Shown here piece after piece: positions 17,809 to 27,926 of a stretch of DNA of 64,000 nucleotides. Origin of the DNA: a virus. The DNA lies in IMG/VR virus record IMGVR_UViG_3300000115_000007, positions 27,664 through 91,663 of that record. The stretch is one strand, 5' to 3'. A program made the translations under genes and the position numbers. Within the stretch, counting starts at the first letter, position 1, and each line of letters starts with the position of its first letter. The notes beneath the pieces were generated by a model. The model was not told the origin of the DNA, ran no database searches, and saw only the letters and a program-made list of their open reading frames with translations.

Positions 17809-18933
17809 ATGGCATACTATTGGGGAGATGATCCACGATTTTTCTTAGGAAGAGTTGTCAGTAATAGTGATTTATCTCAAATGGGCAGATACCAAATTCG
17901 AATCTTTGGCATTCATGACAATGAAGTCGACATTCCTAATGAAGATTTACCTTGGGCTCAAGTGGTAATACCAACTACTGAGCAAGGTATCGGTGGAGTA
18001 GGAGCTAATCCACAAATATCACAAAACGCAATGGTTTATGGAATGTTTTTAGATGGAAAGCTTTCTCAGATACCATTAATTATAGGAACTATTACAACTA
18101 TCCAAGCGCCATCAAGTATACAAACGACAGATCCAGCTTTAACGGCAAATGGATCTGTTAATAGATACGGTGGTGTTGCAGGATCTTTTGTACGAGAATC
18201 GACTTCGACTCAGCAAAGTGAAGCTGATTTTTTAGGACCGCAAGAAGTAATGCCAGATGGCGAGACTATTATTTCCGATGCAAAAAATATGGCTGGATCA
18301 AACACTGAAGAAAAAATATATAACGCATTATTAGAAGGCGGCTTAAGTGCATCCGCGGTATGTGGTTTAATGGGAAACTTTGCATATGAATCTGGACCTG
18401 GAGCTAGTTCAAAAACAACATGGCCGCCCAATCCAACCGGTAAAAACTTTATACGAGGCGGCCCTTGGAATTTAGCGATTAATCCATCGGATAGAGGAAT
18501 GCCAGCATTTGGTCTTGCTCAGTGGAGAAATGATAGGTGGCAATCAGAAAATCATCCTGGAAAGGGAATAGTGCCATGGGCTGAATCTAACGGATTAAGT
18601 TGGCGTGCACTATCTACTCAATGCAGATGGGTGATATATGAATTAAGTGTTGGAGAAAGTGGCGCAGGGGCTAAATTAAGAGAGGCCACAAATCCAGCTG
18701 ACGCGGCGTATATTGTATGCAGATATTACGAGAGGCCACAGAACGGAAAATATAATTGGAGAGGTAAAGCACCAAGTCCTCTTATGAGATCAACAAACAC
18801 TTCGTATTGTACAGCTTTAGGTGGTACAAAGCCTTACAAAAAATCAAGAAGTTTAGAAGAAAGAATAAAAGCAGCAAATGGATATTGGAATAGATACGTT
18901 GTTGGTACTTCATCAAGTACAGGAGCCGGATAA
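17809..18933 (+). CDS. gp5: baseplate hub gp5 N-terminal (OB-fold) fused to phage-tail lysozyme domain
   Basis: GRYQIRIFGIH, LPWA, VYGMFLDG..Q.P.I.G; then GLMGNFAYESG, FGLAQWR, YYERP. Confidence 0.8.
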   Translation: MAYYWGDDPRFFLGRVVSNSDLSQMGRYQIRIFGIHDNEVDIPNEDLPWAQVVIPTTEQGIGGVGANPQISQNAMVYGMFLDGKLSQIPLIIGTITTIQAPSSIQTTDPALTANGSVNRYGGVAGSFVRESTSTQQSEADFLGPQEVMPDGETIISDAKNMAGSNTEEKIYNALLEGGLSASAVCGLMGNFAYESGPGASSKTTWPPNPTGKNFIRGGPWNLAINPSDRGMPAFGLAQWRNDRWQSENHPGKGIVPWAESNGLSWRALSTQCRWVIYELSVGESGAGAKLREATNPADAAYIVCRYYERPQNGKYNWRGKAPSPLMRSTNTSYCTALGGTKPYKKSRSLEERIKAANGYWNRYVVGTSSSTGAG

Positions 18934-21288
18934 ATGAATATCACTGATTTAAATAATAAATTAAATTCTATTAATAAAGTTGTAGACTATAAAAAATTAA
19001 AAAATACTTTAGCAGATGCTGCAGATTTATCAAAAACTTTAACATCTCATGATTTTGCTTCAATTCTTCCTGGAGCCTCTATTAACGGAATTAAGTCATT
19101 ATCAGATGCAATACCAGTCAAAGATACTATCGCAAATCTTCCATTACCACAGCTTGTTACATTAACCGCTGAGATGCCTGGACTTAGAGATAAAATGGTT
19201 AAAACATTAACCGATGCTGAGAAAGAGATTTTAGGGCAGATGGGCGGTCCAGTTTTTATTAATCCAGTCACTGGTATAACTGTTACACCAAAAACGTTAA
19301 ATGCAACATTAGTAAATGGAGTGAAAAAAGCGAATATATTGGCAGCAAATGCAGCGTCAATACAATCTAATATTAAAAGTATTACGGCTGAATTACCAGA
19401 TTTTGACGGCATTATGAAAGATTTAATTCCTTTGGATTTGCAAGGCATTGCAAAGGGAGCATTAGCATCAGTTGCAAATTTAGAATCAGTTGCTAAAGAA
19501 CTAAATACAGATTTAACAAAATCTGTCACATCATTAACTGATATCCCAAAGCAATTAAAAACCATAGCCAAAGGCGGTGTAGGAGGTTTAGCTAGTGTTT
19601 TTATTGCTGATGTAGATAAAGCATTAAGTACTGCATCAATTTCTCTTGGAGCCGCAATTGAAATTGATAATATAGCTAATCTAGGACTTTTGCAGGATGC
19701 TAAGTTATCTGTTCAAAATCATTTAAAAGAAAGTGTTAACTCAGTTACTGGTAATTTATTAAATCCTTTACAAAAAGCTAGGGTTGTAAAAAATCTAAAG
19801 TTACAAAAATTTGACACCGCTATTAATGAAATACAAAAAATAGCATCTTTAAAAACAGGAATAGTAGACGCGGCTGAGGCCACGCAAAAAGCATTAGGTA
19901 TAAGTCAAGATAGGCTTGAAACATTAATGCAATCACAAACATGCGATTTAGCTTCTAATATTTCTTTTGATGATGTAGCAGCTTCCGTATCTGCCGCAAC
20001 GTCTTATATTTCAGAAATAGGTAATCATGGAGTATCGTGGAATGGTGCTAATACTACTGTATCATTAAATTATGCTATAGATGTTACTGATGGTGATTAT
20101 CAGTTTGCAAGAGTTATTACCCTTGAAGAATTAGTTGCTGAATTTAATAGTGTCAAAAGAGAGATAACTGAAGTAGTCGTACATTGGACTGAGCATTTTT
20201 TAGACCAACCGCATGCTGGTGCCAGAGAAGTTCATGAAATAGCTAAAGATATGAATTTAGACGGATGTAATTATCACTATATTATAAAAAAGAATGGTAA
20301 TATAGAAAGAGGTCGTCCAGTTGAAATTCCTGGTCAGCATGCAGAAGATCACGACGATTTTACAATTGCTGTAGCGTTTATTGGTGGAATGAATTCGTAT
20401 TCAACACAAGATCCTACTACGTTTGAAACTGGCCCGGAAAGTATAACTCCAATTCAATATGAATCGTTAGATTATTTATTAAAAGCTTTTTATACAATCT
20501 GGCCAGGTGGACAAGCATTTGGACACAATGAGATTAGTCCGGAATGGGCGCACGATCCTGGATTTTCCGTTTCTGATTACGTTGAAAACAAATTTAATAA
20601 GGTTAATACTATAATACCATCTAATGGATCTGTTTCACCTGATGAATTGGTGACAGCAGCTCCTACAACGCAAGGTGCGAATGCATATAATGAATTTGAA
20701 GATGAAGAAGTCGCGCCACCTGCTATTCCTCCAGATACAATAGGAAAAATTCAAGAAGTGTTACCCGACCCGCCACCTCCAGTAAATGCTAATCCTAATG
20801 AGGATGCAACAATATTGCGTGGAGATCCAGCCGATGCACATACAGCTCTAAAGAACCAAGTTCAAAAAACCCTTGATATTAAAAAGCAATTGGAGATGAT
20901 GGCTGGAGATTTAGAGATTGACGACGCTGTTGAACAAGTTACGGCGGGTGTTAATAATGCCATTCAAAGTAATGACGTGCTTTCATTAGCTGATGAGGCT
21001 GTGGTCGGGCCGGCTGAGAGGCTATTAGAAAAAGTTCAAATTGAAGGTAGCGATGTGTTTGGTAGGTTTTCAAGTATAAGTTCCGAACTTAATGCAAGTG
21101 CAAAGACATTCTATCAATCCACACAAGGTGATGTATATATTGAAGAAACAAATAAAGGCCTTTTTGAGAATCTAAAGACTCTTGAACCAGATCTTACTTC
21201 GATTGAGCGAGCATTAAAAGCAACAGAGTTACGTAAATACAGTAATTCAATTGACAGTTGGATTAAAGTAAACGCGGGGGAAAAATAG
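18934..21288 (+). CDS. virion protein with N-acetylmuramoyl-L-alanine amidase domain
   Basis: VVVHWT, YHYIIKKNGNIERGRP, GQHA, IAVAFIGG, GHNE...HDPGF (amidase_2/T7 lysozyme-like). Confidence 0.78.
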   Translation: MNITDLNNKLNSINKVVDYKKLKNTLADAADLSKTLTSHDFASILPGASINGIKSLSDAIPVKDTIANLPLPQLVTLTAEMPGLRDKMVKTLTDAEKEILGQMGGPVFINPVTGITVTPKTLNATLVNGVKKANILAANAASIQSNIKSITAELPDFDGIMKDLIPLDLQGIAKGALASVANLESVAKELNTDLTKSVTSLTDIPKQLKTIAKGGVGGLASVFIADVDKALSTASISLGAAIEIDNIANLGLLQDAKLSVQNHLKESVNSVTGNLLNPLQKARVVKNLKLQKFDTAINEIQKIASLKTGIVDAAEATQKALGISQDRLETLMQSQTCDLASNISFDDVAASVSAATSYISEIGNHGVSWNGANTTVSLNYAIDVTDGDYQFARVITLEELVAEFNSVKREITEVVVHWTEHFLDQPHAGAREVHEIAKDMNLDGCNYHYIIKKNGNIERGRPVEIPGQHAEDHDDFTIAVAFIGGMNSYSTQDPTTFETGPESITPIQYESLDYLLKAFYTIWPGGQAFGHNEISPEWAHDPGFSVSDYVENKFNKVNTIIPSNGSVSPDELVTAAPTTQGANAYNEFEDEEVAPPAIPPDTIGKIQEVLPDPPPPVNANPNEDATILRGDPADAHTALKNQVQKTLDIKKQLEMMAGDLEIDDAVEQVTAGVNNAIQSNDVLSLADEAVVGPAERLLEKVQIEGSDVFGRFSSISSELNASAKTFYQSTQGDVYIEETNKGLFENLKTLEPDLTSIERALKATELRKYSNSIDSWIKVNAGEK

Positions 21289-24200
21289 ATGAGTGTTGTA
21301 CCTGGAGAAATTCGTCAGCGATATGATCAAAACCGAGGTAATGCTGAAGCTGGTAAGGTTTCAGGTGGATTTAATTCTCCGGGAGGTGATATACCAAGGC
21401 AAGATTATTGGTATCAACCAGGCACGAGTAAGGCTGCCCGGGGATCGGAGGAAATTAATTTAAATTATGAAGGTCTATCGTTAGATAAACAAAGTTTAGA
21501 CTTAATGCATAAGACCTCTACACAATATCCTCAAGGATATGTTCGTGTAAGCGGAACTGGTGACCCTACTACTAGTCATGCCGTGGTATACGATGATACT
21601 AGAGGTGGTGAAAGAATATGTTATAGGCACTCGTCTGGGTCCGGTGTTGATATGAAACCAGACGGATCTATTGTTATTGTATCAAGAAATAATAAAGTAG
21701 ATCTTACAACCGGTAATCACCACGTAATTGTTGAGGCGAATGGCACTATGATATACCGTGGTGATGTAAACATGAAAATTGAAGGTGACTATAATCTTGA
21801 GGTTGGAGGTAATTATAATATAAAGGTAGGTGGCAACTGGAATCTAAATGTATTAGGCGCATATTCAAAAAGAGTTATAGGGGCATTTATAGAATCTATT
21901 GGTAAAGGTAAATTCGTAACAGTTCTTGGAGATCTAACACAAACATTATTAGGTAAAGTATCTGAATCAATTAAGGGAAATCATAGCTTAATTGTAAAAG
22001 GCGAAGGTGATTATAACTATGGTCAAGATGTAGTTGTAACATCTGAAGTAGAAATAAGCTTGTCTGCACCAAGCATTAATGCAGTTGCTCAAGACGTGAC
22101 AGTTACTGGTAATACTGGAACTATTGGCGGTGAAAATATTGTAATGTATAACTATAATATGTACACTGGCCATTCAATAAACGCACTTGATACTGTTACT
22201 ACAAAAAGTATGTATGCAACTGATACATTAGATACTCAAACCATCAATTCAACTCGAGTAAATTCAACATCTATGCATGCAACAACATTTCATGGTGATT
22301 TAACTGGAATAGCCGATCAAGCAATTGCATCAGATACAGCAGTATTTGCTTCTCGTGGAGGTGGACCGGGCGCACCAGATGGTTGGACAAATGTTAATAC
22401 TACAGCAGATGCCGTAGATGCAACTGCAGCAAATACTACAAAGGGACCAAAGAAATGGCCAACTGATGCTGCAAGTGATTGGGGGCCTACTGGAAGAGAT
22501 GATCAAAAGCCGGTTCCAACCGAAGTTACTACTAAACTATGGTTAGAAAATGGCGTTGCGATGATTCAGCCAGTAACAGTCGATGATGATGACGGAATTA
22601 AAAATGATCAAAATTTAACTAACTCAACTGCCGGAGTAACAGATAGACCATTAACAGTTGATGAAGTGAGAACAAAATTAAGAGTAAAAGCCAACAGAAA
22701 TAATACTGCATTTACACAGAAAATGATTGAGCAAGAGTGTCTAGATCCTTCATATACTCAGACAACTCCAGATCATGTAGGTAGAATAATAAGTGATAAG
22801 CCACAGGCTAGATTAGGTCAAACTATTATAGGTCAAAAAGATGTAGCACTTACGAATATTAGATATAAACCTGCAGATACTCGTCAGAAAACCCAAGTAA
22901 AAATAGTTCTACCTGAGAGTCAATATAATCCAAATAGTTTCTCTAAGGTTACGATGGGTACGCTCATTGGAAAAGGATGGCCAATATCTAAATTTATGGA
23001 TGAAGGACAAAATTTAAATCATTTAGATTTAGTACAACGTAAACAATTAGCAAGAAATTTAACTGCTATGGTTAAAATCTTGCAAATCGCAAAAATACCT
23101 GCATTCATGAAAGGCTATAATACGGTTGTTAAATTCGGTGTAGCAAAAATAAATGATAACGAGCATCCTCCAGTTAATAGCTTTTCTGACTTTGCTTCTA
23201 CAGGTAGAGCAATAGGTTTTGAAGTAGTCAACTCAGCAACTGGAGAAATGTCTCTAGATGCCACATATGATTTAGTATGTTACTTAAAAGATAATTGTGA
23301 ATACAGAAAACTGGTATTGGCATATGATACAATGGGACCGAGTGGTAATGAAAAGGGAAAAAATGCAGCACTTCATGCTTTGATATTAGTATCAATTCCT
23401 GAAATTCCAGAAGATTTTAAAGCATCGTTTAAAATGAAAATTGCAACTTCACATAATTATGAAGTTCAATCTAATTCAGATTTTGTAGAATCACTAGAAG
23501 AGGAAGCCATTACACTACCAGGGTCTAACCCAGATGAACCAGAAATTACAGTAGAGGGTTTAGTAGACGTTAAGACTAAAAAAGGATATACAGCAAAAGT
23601 TGCACAGCCAGTATATGATAAGTTTCAGAATTTTGTTAATGATTTAGAAGCAACTGGGTATACAATTGAAAATATTAGTGGATATAGCCGAACTAAGCAA
23701 TCCTATGGAAAAGATTATAAAGGTACAGATATATGGTCTGCTCAAGCTTCGGGATTAGCTATAATAATAGATCCACACAAAAATACTAGTGGAAGTGGTA
23801 AAAAACCGCCTAAAAATATTTTATCAGGCGGAGTAGCAAAAATAGCTAAAAAATATGGAATAGTTTGGGGAGGCGCCGGATCGGTTGGATTTAAAAACAC
23901 CGCACATTTTAGTGCATTGTATGCTGATGGGGGAAGTATAAAACATCCTCGATCGAATAAGGTTTACAAAACTACAGAGTCAAAACAAAAAGTTAAAGAG
24001 GCCGTTAAAAAGAAAACTTCGCCTCCAGTTTCAACTGGATATGAATTTATTTCTATGAAAGAAGACATAGAATATTTTAAAGCATATGAATACTCCCACC
24101 TTCCTGAATGGGATTATTTAGGTGTTCTAGATCGTGTACAAAATAATCAATTTCCGGCTGGGACAGAATTCAAAGTAATAGATTTACACCAAACCCCTAA

Positions 24201-24351
24201 TTTTAGGATATATCAGGTATGGCAAGGTTTTTATAGCGGAGAAAAACAAAATATATGGGGTTTAGTAGATATAAATGATCCTGAAGATGTTAGGCGTCGT
24301 GAACAAATGGCAAAAGACATGGCTATCGCATTCAGATGGTTAAAAAGTTGA
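21289..24351 (+). CDS. gp5 C-terminal beta-helix spike protein with C-terminal M15-peptidase-like domain
   Basis: YDDTRGGERI..RH.SG...KPDG, then VxGxxxxx beta-helix repeats; later FVNDLEATGY...GLAI...KYGIVWGG...HFS. Confidence 0.72.
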   Translation: MSVVPGEIRQRYDQNRGNAEAGKVSGGFNSPGGDIPRQDYWYQPGTSKAARGSEEINLNYEGLSLDKQSLDLMHKTSTQYPQGYVRVSGTGDPTTSHAVVYDDTRGGERICYRHSSGSGVDMKPDGSIVIVSRNNKVDLTTGNHHVIVEANGTMIYRGDVNMKIEGDYNLEVGGNYNIKVGGNWNLNVLGAYSKRVIGAFIESIGKGKFVTVLGDLTQTLLGKVSESIKGNHSLIVKGEGDYNYGQDVVVTSEVEISLSAPSINAVAQDVTVTGNTGTIGGENIVMYNYNMYTGHSINALDTVTTKSMYATDTLDTQTINSTRVNSTSMHATTFHGDLTGIADQAIASDTAVFASRGGGPGAPDGWTNVNTTADAVDATAANTTKGPKKWPTDAASDWGPTGRDDQKPVPTEVTTKLWLENGVAMIQPVTVDDDDGIKNDQNLTNSTAGVTDRPLTVDEVRTKLRVKANRNNTAFTQKMIEQECLDPSYTQTTPDHVGRIISDKPQARLGQTIIGQKDVALTNIRYKPADTRQKTQVKIVLPESQYNPNSFSKVTMGTLIGKGWPISKFMDEGQNLNHLDLVQRKQLARNLTAMVKILQIAKIPAFMKGYNTVVKFGVAKINDNEHPPVNSFSDFASTGRAIGFEVVNSATGEMSLDATYDLVCYLKDNCEYRKLVLAYDTMGPSGNEKGKNAALHALILVSIPEIPEDFKASFKMKIATSHNYEVQSNSDFVESLEEEAITLPGSNPDEPEITVEGLVDVKTKKGYTAKVAQPVYDKFQNFVNDLEATGYTIENISGYSRTKQSYGKDYKGTDIWSAQASGLAIIIDPHKNTSGSGKKPPKNILSGGVAKIAKKYGIVWGGAGSVGFKNTAHFSALYADGGSIKHPRSNKVYKTTESKQKVKEAVKKKTSPPVSTGYEFISMKEDIEYFKAYEYSHLPEWDYLGVLDRVQNNQFPAGTEFKVIDLHQTPNFRIYQVWQGFYSGEKQNIWGLVDINDPEDVRRREQMAKDMAIAFRWLKS

Positions 24352-24361
24352 TAATAAAGAT

Positions 24362-24369
24362 TATAAATA
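24362..24369 (+). promoter_or_regulatory. T4-type late promoter
   Basis: TATAAATA upstream of gp25. Confidence 0.75.
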
Positions 24370-24395
24370 GATAAAACAATCGAGAAGATATTAAT

Positions 24396-24839
24396 ATGGT
24401 AACAAGAGCTTTTTCAGCGGAAGACGGCAATTTACAAACTCCTAGTATTATTACTTCGGGGACACGTATTAGTAAAGATATTAATCTATTGTTTACAAAG
24501 AAAACGAACGGCGATATTTTTAAAAAAGAAGATTTGGCATCAGTTAAACAAGCAATTAAAAATTTATTACAAACCAATCATCACGAGAAACCTTTTAAAC
24601 AAAACTTTGGTGCAAATTTAAGAGGTTTATTATTTGAGCTATCTGATGATTTTTTAGAATACGAAATTAATGAAGCGGTTGTCAATGCAGTAAATAATTG
24701 GGAACCTCGTGCAGTGATTTTAAATATGCAGACAAAAGTTACACCTGATAAAAATACTATATCATGTAGAATTGAATTTCAGGTAATTTCAACCGGCGCC
24801 GTAGACGTCATTGAAACATCAATAGCAAGGTTAAGATAA
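24396..24839 (+). CDS. gp25: baseplate wedge subunit
   Basis: SVKQAIKNLLQTN..EKPF...FG..L..LLFE, WEPR. Confidence 0.92.
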   Translation: MVTRAFSAEDGNLQTPSIITSGTRISKDINLLFTKKTNGDIFKKEDLASVKQAIKNLLQTNHHEKPFKQNFGANLRGLLFELSDDFLEYEINEAVVNAVNNWEPRAVILNMQTKVTPDKNTISCRIEFQVISTGAVDVIETSIARLR

Positions 24840-26684
24840 ATGGCCACAAATATTACATCAACTCAATTAGATTTTAATGCAATTAAAACGTCATTGAAAA
24901 CATATTTTAAAAGTAAATCAGAATTTACTGATTATGACTTTGAAGCATCAGGACTTAACAATATATTAGATGTGCTAGCATATAATACTCACTTTAACGG
25001 GCTAATTGCAAACTTTGCATTAAACGAATCATTTCTTGATACTGCACAATTAAGAGCTTCGGTTGTATCACATGCAGAAATGCTGGGCTTCGATATTGCG
25101 TCAAAAACTGCTTCAAAGGTTACTTTGAAATTAAGTGTTAATTTAGCTGGAGTATCAGGTCGGCCTACAGCCATCACTATTCCTAGTGGATACACATTTA
25201 CTGGTACAATAGATGGCGCTAATTTTAGATTTCAAACTCGACAAATTTATAGTGCTGCAGACGATGGAACAGGATTATATGTTTTTACTGATGCACTTAG
25301 TCAAAGAGAAATAATAGCGTACGAAGGAACTTCTACAGATAAAACATTTTATGTTGGAGAATCATCTGATAGACAAGTATATGTAATTCCTGATTCAAAT
25401 ATTGACACTAAAACTGCAATAGTAAAAGTATTTAATTCTGCTACATCTACTGATCATACTGTATATACACCTCTTAATCAAGCTGTGACAGTAAGCTCTG
25501 CATCAGAATATTATACTATAAGAGAAACACCAAATGGATTTTATGAATTAAATTTTGGTGATGGTGTAACCTTTGGTAAAGCTCCAGATGCTGGAAATAA
25601 AATAGTAGTTAATTATTTGTCGACTTCTGGAAGTTCAGCAAATGGTGCAACTACATTTAGTGCCAATTCTGCTATAGTAGTAAATGGAGTTTCTTATTCA
25701 CCTACTGTTGTTGCTCTTACAAAATCAATTAGCGGAGCAGATTTACAGTCAATAGATACTATTAAACAATTAGCTCCAGCAGCTTTTGCGACACAACAAA
25801 GATTAGTTACGGCTCTTGATTATGAATCCATGATTAAAGCCAACTTTCCAACTATTACTGCTGTCGCCGCATGGGGAAGCCAGGATAATGTTCCGGTAGA
25901 TTATGGTAAAGTTTATATTAGTTTAGAATTTGCTAACACTGTAACTCCAGCAGAGCAAGTAATTATTAAGACTAATATAGAAAATACATATATCAACAAT
26001 TTAAGTGTGATGGCAATAGGAACAAAATTTGTAGATCCAATTAATATTAAATTCAATATAGAAGCTGAAATTCAATGGGATCCAAATCTTACTGGATTAA
26101 AATCCGGCAATGTAGAAAATAGAATAAAAGATCTTATTCAAACACATTTTAATACTACTTTAAGAGGCTTTGGTAAAGTCTTTAGAAGATCAATTCTATT
26201 AACAGAAATCGATGCATTTGATCCTTCAATTTTATCTTCAAAGATAAATGTAAAGCTAATTACTGATTTAATTCCAACACTTAATAAGCAAGCATCTTAT
26301 AAAATATTTTATCCGGTTGAATTAGAGTTTCCAGATGACGTGTTTTATAGCGTTGAATCAACTACATTTACTTATGGTGAATCTAATGTTGTTGCAAGAA
26401 TTAGAAATAAGTTAGGTACCTCATTGCTTCAAATCTTAGATTCAAATAATACTGTTATAGTCGACAATATTGGATCATATCAACCGAATACTGGTCTAGT
26501 TGAACTAAATGCATTCACTCCAAGAGGAATTGTGGATGGGACGACATCTATTAAATTTACTGTAACACCTAGTGATCAAAGTGTAGTAAAACCATTAAGA
26601 AATTATTTATTAAAAGTTGATACGGGCAGTCTTCAAGTTGGTGTTAAGATTGACTATCAAAATACAAATGTTGTATTAGGCTAA
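24840..26684 (+). CDS. gp6: baseplate wedge subunit
   Basis: LDFNAIK, FTDYDFEASGL..LDVLAYNTH, NESFLDTAQLR, FGDG..GK, QQRLVT..DYE. Confidence 0.94.
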   Translation: MATNITSTQLDFNAIKTSLKTYFKSKSEFTDYDFEASGLNNILDVLAYNTHFNGLIANFALNESFLDTAQLRASVVSHAEMLGFDIASKTASKVTLKLSVNLAGVSGRPTAITIPSGYTFTGTIDGANFRFQTRQIYSAADDGTGLYVFTDALSQREIIAYEGTSTDKTFYVGESSDRQVYVIPDSNIDTKTAIVKVFNSATSTDHTVYTPLNQAVTVSSASEYYTIRETPNGFYELNFGDGVTFGKAPDAGNKIVVNYLSTSGSSANGATTFSANSAIVVNGVSYSPTVVALTKSISGADLQSIDTIKQLAPAAFATQQRLVTALDYESMIKANFPTITAVAAWGSQDNVPVDYGKVYISLEFANTVTPAEQVIIKTNIENTYINNLSVMAIGTKFVDPINIKFNIEAEIQWDPNLTGLKSGNVENRIKDLIQTHFNTTLRGFGKVFRRSILLTEIDAFDPSILSSKINVKLITDLIPTLNKQASYKIFYPVELEFPDDVFYSVESTTFTYGESNVVARIRNKLGTSLLQILDSNNTVIVDNIGSYQPNTGLVELNAFTPRGIVDGTTSIKFTVTPSDQSVVKPLRNYLLKVDTGSLQVGVKIDYQNTNVVLG

Positions 26685-26688
26685 CAAT

Positions 26689-27846
26689 ATGTCAATAAAA
26701 ACCTTAAAAGATTTTAATAGACTACCAATTAATCTACATCGCTCATCTGTTAAAGAGGTGCTTCCGGAATATTTTGTGGAAGAATATCCTACACTTATAT
26801 CATTTTTAGAAACTTATTATGAGAGTCTAAATAATAATGGAGAGTTTGGCGACTTAATACAAGATCTTTACACTATTCGTGATGTTGAAGATAATTCACT
26901 TGCACAACTTGAAAAGTTACTCATTGAATTTGCGCTGGGTGTTGGCGTAAGATACTTTAATAATCCACGAGAAATAATTAGAAACTTTGCTAAATTTTAC
27001 AGAGTAAAAGGTTCAAAATATTCAGCTGAAGGTTTTTTTAGATCTTTCTTTTTAACAGATGCACAAATTCATTATCCTAAAAATGATTTGTTCTTTCTCA
27101 ACGACAGCGCTTCAGAAATTGGCGTTGACGGTCAAAAAGTTATGCAAGATGGTGGGTTATACCAGTTGTTATCACATCTTGTTCGGACTGATGTTGGTTT
27201 GCCTGAATGGAGAGAGTTGTATAAAAAGTTTGTTCACCCGGCAGGATTTCATTTAGCGTGTGAAGTCGTAATTCAATCTCCGGGTAAATTGTTTGAAACA
27301 CCAGCGGTTCCGGTTGCCTTTGATTTACCAGAATATATTCTACAAAGTGCTGCATCGATATCTAGTAATTTTTTATATGATTCTCTCGGCGATCGACCTG
27401 TTGCTGATACATTACAGTTAGTAGATATTACAGCATTAAGTCCAATGAATTATAATGGAGTAAATTATAACATAAGAATGCACGTAAGACCTTTGAAAGA
27501 AGATGCTTATCTGAATCAAACCTTAGCTGTACTAAATACACAAAGGTCTAGCATATATGATTGGGCATCTCAAACGAGGCAAATTTGGGATACTACTACA
27601 GATAGTGCAACACTAATTCGCGTTGATGACGCACCTACGCATATCGGTGCAGATTCTTATGGATATTACGGAACATATCCATCATTCTATGTGGGAACTG
27701 GCGATAATCCAGATTATTTGAAAAAACCATATCCTTCTATCATTACTACATCTCTTGCATATGCAGAACTTGGAGCAGCACACTTTGAAGCTGATTCAGA
27801 TATGACGCAACTATATCCACTTTATGATTCTGACATCATAGTATAA
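26689..27846 (+). CDS. gp7: baseplate wedge initiator (short gp7-like)
   Basis: LPEYF..EYP....FLETYY, FYRVKGS, KKFVHPAGF; between gp6 and gp8. Confidence 0.68.
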   Translation: MSIKTLKDFNRLPINLHRSSVKEVLPEYFVEEYPTLISFLETYYESLNNNGEFGDLIQDLYTIRDVEDNSLAQLEKLLIEFALGVGVRYFNNPREIIRNFAKFYRVKGSKYSAEGFFRSFFLTDAQIHYPKNDLFFLNDSASEIGVDGQKVMQDGGLYQLLSHLVRTDVGLPEWRELYKKFVHPAGFHLACEVVIQSPGKLFETPAVPVAFDLPEYILQSAASISSNFLYDSLGDRPVADTLQLVDITALSPMNYNGVNYNIRMHVRPLKEDAYLNQTLAVLNTQRSSIYDWASQTRQIWDTTTDSATLIRVDDAPTHIGADSYGYYGTYPSFYVGTGDNPDYLKKPYPSIITTSLAYAELGAAHFEADSDMTQLYPLYDSDIIV

Positions 27847-27858
27847 TGAAAAAAAGTA

Positions 27859-27866
27859 TATAAATA
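27859..27866 (+). promoter_or_regulatory. T4-type late promoter
   Basis: TATAAATA upstream of gp8. Confidence 0.7.
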
Positions 27867-27926
27867 TAACTAACACAAATTAATATTTTTAGTATTGCAA
27901 TTTGAACATATTAAGAGGAAATAAAT

